DNA of 64,000 nucleotides from Vicinamibacterales bacterium (GTDB lineage Bacteria; Acidobacteriota; Vicinamibacteria; Vicinamibacterales; UBA2999). The notes under the pieces are model-generated. The model made no database searches, was not told the DNA's origin, and was given only the letters and a program-made list of their open reading frames with translations. The translations under genes were made by a program, and so were the position numbers. Below, piece by piece: positions 34,797 to 44,190 of this stretch (positions are counted from its first letter, which is position 1; every line of letters starts with the position of its first letter). The stretch spans positions 6,524-70,523 of the forward strand of contig JBEBFY010000003.1 in the NCBI GenBank assembly GCA_040081715.1. The letters run 5' to 3'.

Positions 34797-36239
34797 ATGC
34801 AGAAGATGCTGCTCTCGATCGCCGGATTGGCTGCGTGCGCGACCGTCGCGATGCTGCTCTTCCTGGCTCCGGCGTTGCAGGCCAGGCAGGCCCCTCCGTG
34901 GGACGGCGCCTTTTCGGCCAATCAGATCAAGCGTGGCGAGGCGCTATACACAGGCAATTGCCTTGCCTGCCACAGCAAGGACCTGGCTGGCGGCGACCGC
35001 GCGCCGGCGCTGGCCGGCCCGGCCTTCAAGGGACGCTGGGGCACAAAGCCGTTGGCGGAGTTGCTCGACTACACGCAGATCCAGATGCCGTTGACGAGTC
35101 CCGGCGGGCTCACCCGGCATCAGAACGCCGACATCCTGGCGTTCATGCTCGCCAGAAACGGCGCCTCGGCCGGGACGAAGGACCTCTGGTTCGACGGGCC
35201 CGAAGGCGGTTCCGCGCCAGCCAGGCGCACGCCCGACTACATGAAGGTGGCCACGCCATCCAACCGGAAGGGCGAGGCCTTCTATTCGGAAGCTCAGGCC
35301 AGGCGGGGGAAGCTGGCCTTCAATCGCAACTGTGCGTTCTGCCACACCGTGGACCCACGCACCTCGACACCGGCCGACCTGCTGCAGGCGCTGCCGAGCA
35401 CGTTCGGCGGGCACTTCCTCGAACGGGTGGTTGACGGGAAGATGGTCTACCCGAACGTGCTGATGGTCTACAGCAAGCTGCTCTCGATGCCGGCGTTCAA
35501 CGTGAAGGGCATCTCGGAACAGCAGCGCGTCGATATCACATCGTACATTCTTCAGGCCAACGGGTACCCGTCAGGTCCTGACGAGATTCCCGTGGACGTG
35601 GACGCCATGCGCGTAATGTCCCTCAACGAGCCTGGCTTCGAGCGCATCTTCAACGGCAAGGACTTCACGGGCTGGAACTTCAACCTCGGGCCGAACTGCC
35701 GCGCGGCTCCAGACGGGTGCGGACGGACCGAACCGGGCGACGTGCTGCGCGCGGAGAAGGGCGCCCTCGTCTGTGAATGCCACGTGCACGGCATCTTCTA
35801 CACGGACAAGAAGTACAAGGACTTCACGTTGCGGTTCGACTTCATGTTCGAGAAGCCCTTCGAACTGGCGCCGGACGATGACGAAGAACTGTTCAGCGGC
35901 GGTGGGGGGTATCTCATTTTCTCGGACATCGGCGCGCCCGGTTATCCGAAGAGCATCGAGGTTGAGGGCCGGTACCGCGACCTCGGCGACTACTACGCCA
36001 TCGGCGGACCCGGCAAGGTCGGCACGGTGGACCTTGCGGCCAAGCGCCGCGTGATGCGCCCGCTGGGGCAGTGGAATCACTTCGAGATCGTGGCCAGAGG
36101 CGGCACGGTGGTGACGTCCCTGAACGGCACGGCGATCTCGAAGATCGACAAGCATGACTACACGGCCGCCGGCAACATCGCCATCCAGAGCCAGGGCCGG
36201 AAGATGGCCTACCGCAACATGCGAATCAAGGCGGAGTAG
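34797..36239 (+). CDS. secreted diheme c-type cytochrome fused to a DUF1080 (3-keto-disaccharide-hydrolase-like) domain
   Basis: Signal peptide and two heme motifs (CLACH, CAFCH). The C-terminal segment FNGKDFTGWNF...NGTAISK is typical of DUF1080. Confidence 0.75.
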   Translation: MQKMLLSIAGLAACATVAMLLFLAPALQARQAPPWDGAFSANQIKRGEALYTGNCLACHSKDLAGGDRAPALAGPAFKGRWGTKPLAELLDYTQIQMPLTSPGGLTRHQNADILAFMLARNGASAGTKDLWFDGPEGGSAPARRTPDYMKVATPSNRKGEAFYSEAQARRGKLAFNRNCAFCHTVDPRTSTPADLLQALPSTFGGHFLERVVDGKMVYPNVLMVYSKLLSMPAFNVKGISEQQRVDITSYILQANGYPSGPDEIPVDVDAMRVMSLNEPGFERIFNGKDFTGWNFNLGPNCRAAPDGCGRTEPGDVLRAEKGALVCECHVHGIFYTDKKYKDFTLRFDFMFEKPFELAPDDDEELFSGGGGYLIFSDIGAPGYPKSIEVEGRYRDLGDYYAIGGPGKVGTVDLAAKRRVMRPLGQWNHFEIVARGGTVVTSLNGTAISKIDKHDYTAAGNIAIQSQGRKMAYRNMRIKAE

Positions 36240-36276
36240 CAGAGGCAGAGAGCGGGGCCGGATGCCGGGTCCTGGG

Positions 36277-39027
36277 CTATCGGCCGCGCATTCGCTCCAG
36301 CACCGCGCCGAGGGCCTTCAGTTCTTCGCCGTAGGTGGCCCAGTCGCCGTTGCGCTGGGCGTCGGTGGCCCGGTCGTAGTGCGTCTTCGCGTCGGCCGCA
36401 AGCGACCCGATAGTGCTAGCGGCATCCGGCGCGGCCTGCGTGCCGGACTGCAGCCCACTGCTGGCGGATTGCTCCGCGCTGGTCATCCCCGCGCCTGTCC
36501 TCTGCGTGCCAGCCCGCTGCGCGCCGGCCCCCGACCCGAACAGCTTGGCGAGCGCGACGTCGAGCGTTTCCTCCATCACGATCTGGTTGCCGTGCGCCAC
36601 AAGCACGCGGCGCAGTTCGGGAATGCGCCCCCCCTGGCCACGCAGGTAGAGTGGCCGCACGTAGATCAGCGACTCCTCGATGGGGATCACCATCAGCGTG
36701 CCCCAGATCACCTGCGAGCCCTGCTGGTTCCAGAGCGTGATCTGCGGCGAGATGGTCTGGTCCTGGTTCATCCGGGCCACGACCTGCCTGGGGCCGAAGA
36801 CCACCTTCTGTTTGGGGAACTGGAAAACCCGCAGCGTACCGTAGTGCTCGCCGTCGCTGCGCGCCACCAGCCACGCGGCCAGGTTGTCCTTGCGGCGCGG
36901 CGTGTACGGAAGCATCTGGATGAACTCGGCGTGCGGCTCGCCAGGCAGCTTCATGATCGTGTAGTACGGCGACATGGGCGCGGCGTCCCTCGAGTCCTCA
37001 GTGGAGGGCACCTCCCACTGGTCCTCCCGGTTGTAGAAGACAGCCGGCTGCGTCATGTGGTACGTGGCGAAAATGGAGGCCTGCACCGCAAAGATGTCCT
37101 CGGGATATCGCACGTGCGACCGCAGCGCCGCGGGCATCTCCGACAGGGCCTTGAACGTGCCGGGGAACGCCTTCGCGTAGGTGGCCGCAATCGGATCCTT
37201 CGCGTCGGCCAGGTACATCGTCGTCGTGCCGTCGTAGGCGTCGATGGTGACCTTCACGGCGTTCCGGATGTAGTTCAGATTGCGGCCGGCGGGCGTCGAG
37301 TAGGGATACCGGGAGGTGGTGGTGTAGGCGTCATAGATCCACACGAGCCGTCCGTCGGCGAGGACGAGGTACGGGTCGCTGTCGAAGCTGAGGAAGGGCG
37401 CCAGGAGCCGGACGCGGTCGCGGATGTTCCGGTTGATGAGGATCTTGCTGGTGGCCGTGATGTCGTTGCTGAGCAGGATCTGGTACGACCCGAAGCGCAG
37501 CGCGAAGAGGAGCTTCCGCCACAGCGTGTTGACGGGGATGCCGCCTGTGCCGGCGTACTGGGTAAAGACGTTCTCGTCCCCTTTCGGGTAGTGGAATTCC
37601 TTCGTCTGGCTCGGCGCGATCACGTAGTCGTTGGAGAGCTGCCCGAAGTAGATGCTGGGCTCGGTCACCGTGAGGCCGCCGCTGACCTCCGGCGGCAGGT
37701 TCCGGATGAAGAGTACCGGCAGACCCTCCTGGGTGACCTGGTTGACGGGTCCGAGTGTGAGTCCGTAGCCGTGCGTGAAGGTCAGGTGTTCGTTGACCCA
37801 CGTCTTATTGGGCAGCGCCTCCGAGTTGAGTTCCCGCGCGGAGAGCATCACCTGACGGGAGACGCCGTCGATCATGTAGCGGTCGTTATCGACCGTAACG
37901 AAGTCGTAGTAGGTGCGGATCTCCTGGATCTGGCCGAAGGTGTCGAGCAGCGGCGCGTGGTCCCAGAGGCGGACGTTGTCGAGCGTGGCGCGGTTGGCGG
38001 CCACGTGCGCGGGCGTCAGGTCCACGTCGCCGGACAGATCCCGCGTTTCGAGGGTGTCGATGGCGTAGGCGCGGCGCGTGGCGTCGATGTTGTGCTGGAT
38101 GTAGGGCTCTTCGCGCACCTGTTCGTTGGGCGCCACGAAGAACCGCTGCAGGAACGAGCTGTAGAGTTCGCCACCGACCGATGTCAAGGCCACCAGCGCC
38201 ACCCCGGCCACGATTGGCCACGTGCTGGCCGAGAAGGCGGCGTAGCTACAGAGGAGTGCGGCGACAAACGCTGCCCCGGTCACCACCAGCGCGGCCGTCA
38301 TCCGGCCATGCACGTCCGCGTAGGCCGCGCCGTGGATGAGGTCGTGCGGCGCGAGCAGGTAGTCCGCGCGTCCCAGCCACGAGCCAAAGGCGAAGAGCAG
38401 CAGGAACACGGCAGCGAGCACTGCGAGGTGGCGTCGCGGCGCGGCTGACACCGCTACGCGGGCGGGGAATCCGCTCGTGAGGCTGCCCGACACCAGATAG
38501 AGCGCGCCCGAGCTCAGTGCCGCCAGAATCACCAGGCCCTGGCCGATGCCACGGATGAACTGGAGAAAGGGCATCGAGAAGACGTAGAACGCCACGTCGT
38601 GCCCGAGGATCGGGTCCGCCTGGCCGAAGGGCACCTGGTTCCGCCAGGTGAGCCAGGTCATCCACTCGGACGACGCGGCCAGGCCGACGAGCACAGAGAG
38701 CACGGCCGTCACGTTGACGGCGATCGACCGCAGTTGCCGCTTCCCGGGCAGGCGGATCGGCGTCCCTTCCCGCGTCGTGAAGATCGGCAGGCCCTCCCCG
38801 ATGGAGTTGAGCGCCACCAGCACATTGGGAAGCAGGAAGGCCAGGGCCACCACAGTGACCACGACGAAGAGCCGCGCCTGGGCGCCGATCATCGTGAGGA
38901 ACACGCCCTGGAAGCCGACCTCCTGGTACCACCAGTAGTCCGTGATGTAGCTGAGGAGCGAGGGGCCGGCCACGAAGAGCAGCAGGGCCAGGATGGCGAC
39001 GGTGGCAGTCAGGCGGATGCGGGTCAT
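36277..39027 (-). CDS. UPF0182-family large membrane protein
   Basis: N-terminal YITDYWWYQEVGF motif, about 7 TM segments and a large extracytoplasmic domain. Its ATG overlaps the stop of the upstream WYL regulator gene (ATGA at 39024-39027). Confidence 0.8.
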   Translation of the reverse strand: MTRIRLTATVAILALLLFVAGPSLLSYITDYWWYQEVGFQGVFLTMIGAQARLFVVVTVVALAFLLPNVLVALNSIGEGLPIFTTREGTPIRLPGKRQLRSIAVNVTAVLSVLVGLAASSEWMTWLTWRNQVPFGQADPILGHDVAFYVFSMPFLQFIRGIGQGLVILAALSSGALYLVSGSLTSGFPARVAVSAAPRRHLAVLAAVFLLLFAFGSWLGRADYLLAPHDLIHGAAYADVHGRMTAALVVTGAAFVAALLCSYAAFSASTWPIVAGVALVALTSVGGELYSSFLQRFFVAPNEQVREEPYIQHNIDATRRAYAIDTLETRDLSGDVDLTPAHVAANRATLDNVRLWDHAPLLDTFGQIQEIRTYYDFVTVDNDRYMIDGVSRQVMLSARELNSEALPNKTWVNEHLTFTHGYGLTLGPVNQVTQEGLPVLFIRNLPPEVSGGLTVTEPSIYFGQLSNDYVIAPSQTKEFHYPKGDENVFTQYAGTGGIPVNTLWRKLLFALRFGSYQILLSNDITATSKILINRNIRDRVRLLAPFLSFDSDPYLVLADGRLVWIYDAYTTTSRYPYSTPAGRNLNYIRNAVKVTIDAYDGTTTMYLADAKDPIAATYAKAFPGTFKALSEMPAALRSHVRYPEDIFAVQASIFATYHMTQPAVFYNREDQWEVPSTEDSRDAAPMSPYYTIMKLPGEPHAEFIQMLPYTPRRKDNLAAWLVARSDGEHYGTLRVFQFPKQKVVFGPRQVVARMNQDQTISPQITLWNQQGSQVIWGTLMVIPIEESLIYVRPLYLRGQGGRIPELRRVLVAHGNQIVMEETLDVALAKLFGSGAGAQRAGTQRTGAGMTSAEQSASSGLQSGTQAAPDAASTIGSLAADAKTHYDRATDAQRNGDWATYGEELKALGAVLERMRGR

Positions 39028-40013
39028 GCGTACGCTCCGTAGAGGTTCCGGGCGGTGGTGAGGTCCGCCGCAATGTCCGAGGCGAGTGATGCAGGGCTCT
39101 CCACGTGCACGAAGGGACCCCAGCTCAGAATCCAGCTGCGCAACGCCCAGTCGTCGCACACATGGAGCGTAAGCGCCACGCCGCCGTCCGGCAGATCACG
39201 CAATTCCTGGGACTGGTGCCAGACGCGGGCCCGCACGTAGGGCGCCACGCTGGCCTGAAAGCGGAGCGCGACGGGCCTGGCCGGCCCTGTATTGACGCCG
39301 AGCGAGTTGCCGAACACGTCCTCGGGCACCTGCCGCTCGGGCGTGAAGGTCTGTTTCTCCAACGTCACCGTGCGGATGCGGTCCACGGCAAACGTGCGCA
39401 CGTCGTTGTAGGCCGGGACAAACGCCAGCAGGTACATCCCGCCGTGGGCGAAGGCGAGGCGGTAGGGGTGCAGCACGTAGTCCTTCTCGCGCCCGCTCGA
39501 GACCGAGTCGTACCGCATCGTCGTGACGCGGAAATAGAGCGTGGCCTCGAGCAGCCGGGCGACGACATCCGCCGTGGAGGCCTCCGTGCCCACTCGCGGT
39601 CCGGGCTTGGCCACGAGTACCGTGGGCAGACGGTCGAGAAACTGTCGCATCCGTGGCGACAGCGCGCCTTCGAGCCGGGCAAATGCCAGGCCCAGATCGC
39701 GCTGGAACGGCGAACCCGCCACCGCTTCGAGCAGGTTCCGACTGAGATAGAGCGCGCAGAGTTCCGCAAGGGTGAAGCCGGTGTCGAGGCTCTTGAAGGC
39801 CTGGCCTTCCAGCCGCCAGCGTACGCGGTCGGTGTCGTCCTTGAAGTCGAACAGCGGAAAGCCCGCTTCCTGCAGCGCGGCCAGGTCACGGCGGATGGTG
39901 CGTGTGGTGACGTCGAGGTCCGATGCCAGCCCGTCGATGGTGGCCCCATGCCGCGACGACTCCAGGGCATGAAGAAGACGCCACTGGCGGATGACTTCCT
40001 GATTGCGGGGCAC
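39024..40013 (-). CDS. HTH-WYL-domain transcriptional regulator
   Basis: N-terminal HTH (ATIDGLASDLDVTTRTIRRDLAALQEAG) and a WYL-type domain (VLHPYRLAFAHGGMYLLAFVPAYNDVRTFAVDRIRTV). A GTG start at 40013 is proposed; the track ORF extends to 40286. Confidence 0.7.
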   Translation of the reverse strand: MPRNQEVIRQWRLLHALESSRHGATIDGLASDLDVTTRTIRRDLAALQEAGFPLFDFKDDTDRVRWRLEGQAFKSLDTGFTLAELCALYLSRNLLEAVAGSPFQRDLGLAFARLEGALSPRMRQFLDRLPTVLVAKPGPRVGTEASTADVVARLLEATLYFRVTTMRYDSVSSGREKDYVLHPYRLAFAHGGMYLLAFVPAYNDVRTFAVDRIRTVTLEKQTFTPERQVPEDVFGNSLGVNTGPARPVALRFQASVAPYVRARVWHQSQELRDLPDGGVALTLHVCDDWALRSWILSWGPFVHVESPASLASDIAADLTTARNLYGAYA

Positions 40014-40055
40014 GAGGTCGATGGTACAAGTGGGACCACGGGGGCGCAATCGAAC

Positions 40056-40460
40056 ATGGCAGGCGAGGGCGGTCAGGCGGAAGTCAGGCTCGACGTGTGG
40101 CTGGATGTCACGTGCCTGTTCAAAACGCGGTCGGAGGCCAAGCGCGCCTGCGACGGTGGCAAGGTGGAACTCAACGGTGAGCGACCCAAGTCGCACCGGC
40201 TGGTGCGTGTGGGTGACGAGTTGCGGATTTCGCGTCCGCTGGGCCGGAAGCAGATGGTGCGGGTGCTGGCCGTGGCCGAGTCGCACATGAAGAAGGCCGA
40301 GGCGCGGGCCCTCTACGAGGACCTGTCGCCGAAGCCGACGGCGGCGGAGGTGGAGATGCGGCGGATGGATCGAGTCTATCAGGCGGCCGCCGCGGCGGCC
40401 GGAACCGACCGCCGCAAGCGGCGCGAACAGCGGGAGCGAAAGGAGCGGGGCGGGCTCTGA
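40056..40460 (+). CDS. S4-domain RNA-binding protein (Hsp15-like)
   Basis: RLDVWLDVTCLFKTRSEAKRACDGGKVELNGERPK S4 motif and a basic C-terminal tail. Only the last 134 codons of the 451-aa track ORF look real. Confidence 0.7.
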   Translation: MAGEGGQAEVRLDVWLDVTCLFKTRSEAKRACDGGKVELNGERPKSHRLVRVGDELRISRPLGRKQMVRVLAVAESHMKKAEARALYEDLSPKPTAAEVEMRRMDRVYQAAAAAAGTDRRKRREQRERKERGGL

Positions 40461-40476
40461 GCGCCCGCCCGCTTCC

Positions 40477-41493
40477 CTACATCTTGACGTCGACCTTGCC
40501 TTTGCTGCGCAAGGTCTTGACGAGCGCCAGGGTGAGTTCCTGCCGCTTCTGGTTCTTGAGGAACGCTTCGAGCTGCGGCTTCACCGCGTCGAGCGTCATC
40601 GTGGTGGCGGCCTTCTTCTCAGCCAGCTTGATGATGTGGAAGCCGAAGGGCGTTTCCACCAGGTCGCTCACGTCGCCGGGCTTGGCCAGCGCGAAGGCGG
40701 CGCGCTCGAACTCGCCGACCATCTGGCCCTGGCCGAAGAAGCCGAGGTCGCCGCCCTGCGGGGCGTTGCTCGGGTCCTGGGAGTTCTTCTTCGCCAGTTC
40801 GGCGAAGTCGCCTCCACCCTTGATCTGCTTCAGGATGCCGGCCGCCTTCGTTTTCGCGGCTTCCTTGGTCTTGGCGTCCGCCTCGGCGGCCACGGTAATG
40901 AGAATGTGGCTGGCGCGGATCTGCTCGGGCTGCTTGAACTGCTCCGGGTTCTTGTCGAAGAACTCCTTCAGGTCCTTGTCCTCGACCTTGACCTTCGTTT
41001 CGACCTCGGTCTCCATCATCTTGGCCATCTGCATCTCGATGCGGGTCTGGTCCTTGAGCTGGTCCATGGTCATCTTCTGTTCCGCCAGAGCCTTCGTGAA
41101 GGCCTCGGGCGAACCGAAGTGGCCCTTGAGCGAATCGATCCGGGAGTTCAGTTCGGCGTCGGGGATGGTGATGTTCCGCTTCTTGGCTTCCTGTGTGAGC
41201 AGCTTGTAGCCGATCATCTGATCCAGCACGTCCCGGTACACCGCGTCGCGCTTGTCGGCGGGCACTTCACCGCCGGCGTTCTGCTGGATGCCCTGCAGGG
41301 CTGTTTCGAACTCGGCCTTGGTCACCGTCTCGCCGTTGACGTCCGCCAGCAGGTCGGGAAGCTGGGCGGGGACGGGCTTGGGCGGATCCGGCGCGGCCTC
41401 GACAGCCGGCGTGGCTGCCGCTTCGGTGGACTTCGCCTTCGAGCAGGCCGACACGGCCGCCAGACACATCAACAGCACGATCACTCGCTTCAC
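40477..41493 (-). CDS. parvulin-type peptidyl-prolyl isomerase lipoprotein (SurA/PrsA-like)
   Basis: Lipobox LAAVSAC and PPIC domain ASHILI...GGDLGFFGQGQMVGEFERAAF. The GTG start has a GGGAG Shine-Dalgarno. Confidence 0.8.
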   Translation of the reverse strand: MKRVIVLLMCLAAVSACSKAKSTEAAATPAVEAAPDPPKPVPAQLPDLLADVNGETVTKAEFETALQGIQQNAGGEVPADKRDAVYRDVLDQMIGYKLLTQEAKKRNITIPDAELNSRIDSLKGHFGSPEAFTKALAEQKMTMDQLKDQTRIEMQMAKMMETEVETKVKVEDKDLKEFFDKNPEQFKQPEQIRASHILITVAAEADAKTKEAAKTKAAGILKQIKGGGDFAELAKKNSQDPSNAPQGGDLGFFGQGQMVGEFERAAFALAKPGDVSDLVETPFGFHIIKLAEKKAATTMTLDAVKPQLEAFLKNQKRQELTLALVKTLRSKGKVDVKM

Positions 41494-41695
41494 TCGCAAC
41501 TCCCTTGTTGAACCGGATGACAGATCCAGGTGAGCCCCGACGAGACCGTGGGGGGCCACGTCAGTCTATGCGGAGGGATCGGGACGGTCAAACCTCAGAC
41601 GGGGTGCGGTATACTCCCATTTCGTGCCCGGACATTCCCTAATCGTCCGGGGCGTCACCGCCGGGTGAGTCCCACCGGCGGGTGGTTTCCAGCAA

Positions 41696-41771
41696 GGCCA
41701 GGTAGCTCAGTCGGTAGAGCACGTGACTGAAAATCACGGTGTCGGGGGTTCAATTCCCTCCCTGGCCACCA
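41696..41771 (+). tRNA. tRNA-Phe (anticodon GAA), CCA encoded
   Basis: Hand-folded cloverleaf. Acceptor GGCCAGG/CCTGGCC, anticodon arm CGTGA-CTGAAAA-TCACG, T arm GGGGG-TTCAATT-CCCTC. 76 nt. Confidence 0.9.
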
Positions 41772-41802
41772 CTTCCAGCCGACAGGGCTTCCGTCACTCC
41801 CG

Positions 41803-44103
41803 CTAAAACTCCAGCCGCATCTGCACGCCCACCGTCCTGGGCGCGGCGATGCCCGTGCCTGAGAACAGCCCGGCAAAGTTGATGATGTTCAGCCGGTTGG
41901 TCAGGTTGCGCACATCGGCCTGCAAGGTGAGCCGGGTACTGCCCCGGTGGGCAAGCGTGGCGCCGAACGCCGCATCCAGCGACCACGTCGGGCGCACACG
42001 TCCTTCGGCCAGATTCACGCGGCTGACAATGGGCTCGCCGTATCGCTCCTCGGCTTCGTCCAGGTCGTCATCCGCCTCGACGGGAAGTCCGCTATTCACC
42101 GCGAGGCCGCCGGCGGCCCACGCGCGGGTGCCGAGCGTCGTCTGCAGCCGCAGCCGCAGGGTGTGGCGCTGGTCTTGTGTCAGCGGGAAGACACCCTGCT
42201 CGAGTGCGTCCAGTTCTTCCTCGCCCAGAAAGAGTCCACCTGTCACTGGGCCTTCTCCTGTGCCGCGCATCAGGGTGTAGCCCAGCGTGGCGGAGAGGCG
42301 CTTCCACCGAGGCACGTCGAGCGTGGTCTCAAGCCCGCGCACGTGCGCAGAATGGAAGGTAATGGGAATGCTGATGCCGGTGTTCAGCAGCACGTCATCG
42401 TCCGCGAAGTGGTCCATGCGGCGGTCGAAGACGACGCCCTCGACACGCCAGCGCTCGCCGACCGTCCGGGCGAGCCCCGCTTCCAGGAAGTGGCCGCGCG
42501 ACGGCAGCACGGGCAGGCGTGTGATCTGCTCGGCCAGCACGGTGACCTGTGGCGACGACGCGATCAGCAGGTGCTCGAACGCCGGTGTCTGGAACGCACG
42601 GTCGTAGGACGCGCGCAGCACCAGGCCGCGGCCAGGCCAGGACCAGGCACCACTCACGCGCGGGCTCAGAGCGCGGTCGGAGACGACAAGTGCATACGTA
42701 TCGAATCGCAGGCCGGCGTTCAGCGTGAAGCGTTCACCGCGGATCTGGTCCTGCATGAAGACCGCGGCTTCGTGCCCGGACCGGCGTTCCGCGAAGCCAA
42801 ACGCGAGGGGCGTGCCTGCGGGCAGGTGATCCTCATCGGTCACCGTGTAGTCGAACGCTTCGCGGACGGCGGTCACGCTGACATCGCCGCCCATCTTCCA
42901 CTCGTGCCGTCCGCGCTGGCCGGTCACGGTGGCCTTGGCATAGGACTCGCGGAACCCACGGTCCTCCCGGAGGTTGACAGGCGTCGAGGCGGCATTCGAG
43001 GTCAGGCCAGCCGAGTGGGACCGCTGCATGGCGCGGACATCGAACAGGAGCGGCGTGTTAAAGACCCTCCGGTAGGAGCCCTGCAACATGGTTTCGTCGT
43101 TGGCGCGCGACTGCCGCTGGCCGGTCGCCTCCTGCTGTGGCTCGTTGGGCACGAGGAAGCTGGCGCGCCCGCGACGAACGATGACGCCGAGCCGGTCTGC
43201 CGTCGTGAGGTCGCCTTCGGCATGAACACTCAGCCGTCCACTCGACCCGCGGTTGGTGAGGTTCTCTTCAACGGGGGGATCGAGGTACCGGTCCGTCCGG
43301 GCGCCACTCCCGGTGACGGTCAGGATGCCCCGGCTCCAGGCGTAGGTGCCGCCGCCCGCCAGGCCGCCGCTGGCAAAGCTGCCCGCGGACCCTTCGAACG
43401 ACCCGTGGAAGCCACGCAGGGTGTCCCCGGACGTATCGATTTCGATCACGCCGCCGAGCTTGCGGCCGTACTCGGCCGGGTACCCGCCCGTGAGGATGGT
43501 GACGGCGTGCAGGTCGGACAGATCCATCGACGGGGCGAAGGCCGGCGATCGGTTATCGGTCAGCGGCAGTCCGTCCACGACGAACTGCGTCTGCACTTCC
43601 GAGCCGCGCGGATGCAGCGTGCCGTTGGATTCGAGCAGCCACCCGGGCTCGTTGGCCACCAGATCCGGCATCGTGCGGCCCGGCAGCGAGAAGGAACGCG
43701 TGGCCAGCCGCTCGGCTCCGATGCGGCGCTGGCTGCCGGTCTGCCGCGGGGCGGCCAGCGTCGAGACCGCGTCCACCGTGACCTGGGCCTGCACAGCCGC
43801 CGCGCCCAGCACCAACTGAAACTCCGTGGGCAGGGCCGAGCGGACCTCCGCAAACCCCGTGGCCCGTCCGGAGGCCGCGTCGGTGACGGTGATCCGGTAC
43901 GTGCCGAAGGGAAGACGGCGAGCCACGGCCACACCCCGGGCGTCGGTTTCGACCAGCGCGTGCACCTGCGCGGCGTCGCCCGCTACGTCGACCACTGTGC
44001 GTACCGGCAGGCCCGCGAGGTCTCGGACGGTGATCCGCAATTCACCGGACAGAGCCGGGGCGAACTGCAGCAACAGGAGCGCGACGGGCAGAAAGGACGT
44101 CAT
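41803..44103 (-). CDS. TonB-dependent receptor with CarboxypepD_reg-like N-domain
   Basis: Signal peptide, a GELRITVRDLAGLPV carboxypeptidase-regulatory-like start, plug motifs (DGLPLTDN), a beta-barrel body and a terminal Phe (MRLEF). Confidence 0.8.
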   Translation of the reverse strand: MTSFLPVALLLLQFAPALSGELRITVRDLAGLPVRTVVDVAGDAAQVHALVETDARGVAVARRLPFGTYRITVTDAASGRATGFAEVRSALPTEFQLVLGAAAVQAQVTVDAVSTLAAPRQTGSQRRIGAERLATRSFSLPGRTMPDLVANEPGWLLESNGTLHPRGSEVQTQFVVDGLPLTDNRSPAFAPSMDLSDLHAVTILTGGYPAEYGRKLGGVIEIDTSGDTLRGFHGSFEGSAGSFASGGLAGGGTYAWSRGILTVTGSGARTDRYLDPPVEENLTNRGSSGRLSVHAEGDLTTADRLGVIVRRGRASFLVPNEPQQEATGQRQSRANDETMLQGSYRRVFNTPLLFDVRAMQRSHSAGLTSNAASTPVNLREDRGFRESYAKATVTGQRGRHEWKMGGDVSVTAVREAFDYTVTDEDHLPAGTPLAFGFAERRSGHEAAVFMQDQIRGERFTLNAGLRFDTYALVVSDRALSPRVSGAWSWPGRGLVLRASYDRAFQTPAFEHLLIASSPQVTVLAEQITRLPVLPSRGHFLEAGLARTVGERWRVEGVVFDRRMDHFADDDVLLNTGISIPITFHSAHVRGLETTLDVPRWKRLSATLGYTLMRGTGEGPVTGGLFLGEEELDALEQGVFPLTQDQRHTLRLRLQTTLGTRAWAAGGLAVNSGLPVEADDDLDEAEERYGEPIVSRVNLAEGRVRPTWSLDAAFGATLAHRGSTRLTLQADVRNLTNRLNIINFAGLFSGTGIAAPRTVGVQMRLEF

Positions 44104-44190
44104 TCCGTCGGGTCAGTGTACCGTACCAGCGCGCCGCACGACGGATTGCTCCAACGCCGAGCAGGAGGGGGCTGGTAGGATCGCCCCCGT

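Noticed and set aside
36154-38448. 764-aa plus-strand ORF opposite the UPF0182 gene. The same applies to similar long ORFs at 41947-44178, 51600-53219, 54558-55772, 56304-57641 and 20421-22028.
   Set aside because: All lie antisense to genes with strong family signatures, and their products are Arg/Gly/Pro-biased without motifs. They are GC-driven open frames.
39105-40055. N-terminal 317 codons of the 451-aa plus-strand ORF
   Set aside because: This part overlaps the WYL regulator gene on the opposite strand and has junk-like composition. Only the part from the ATG at 40056 (the S4 domain) looks real.
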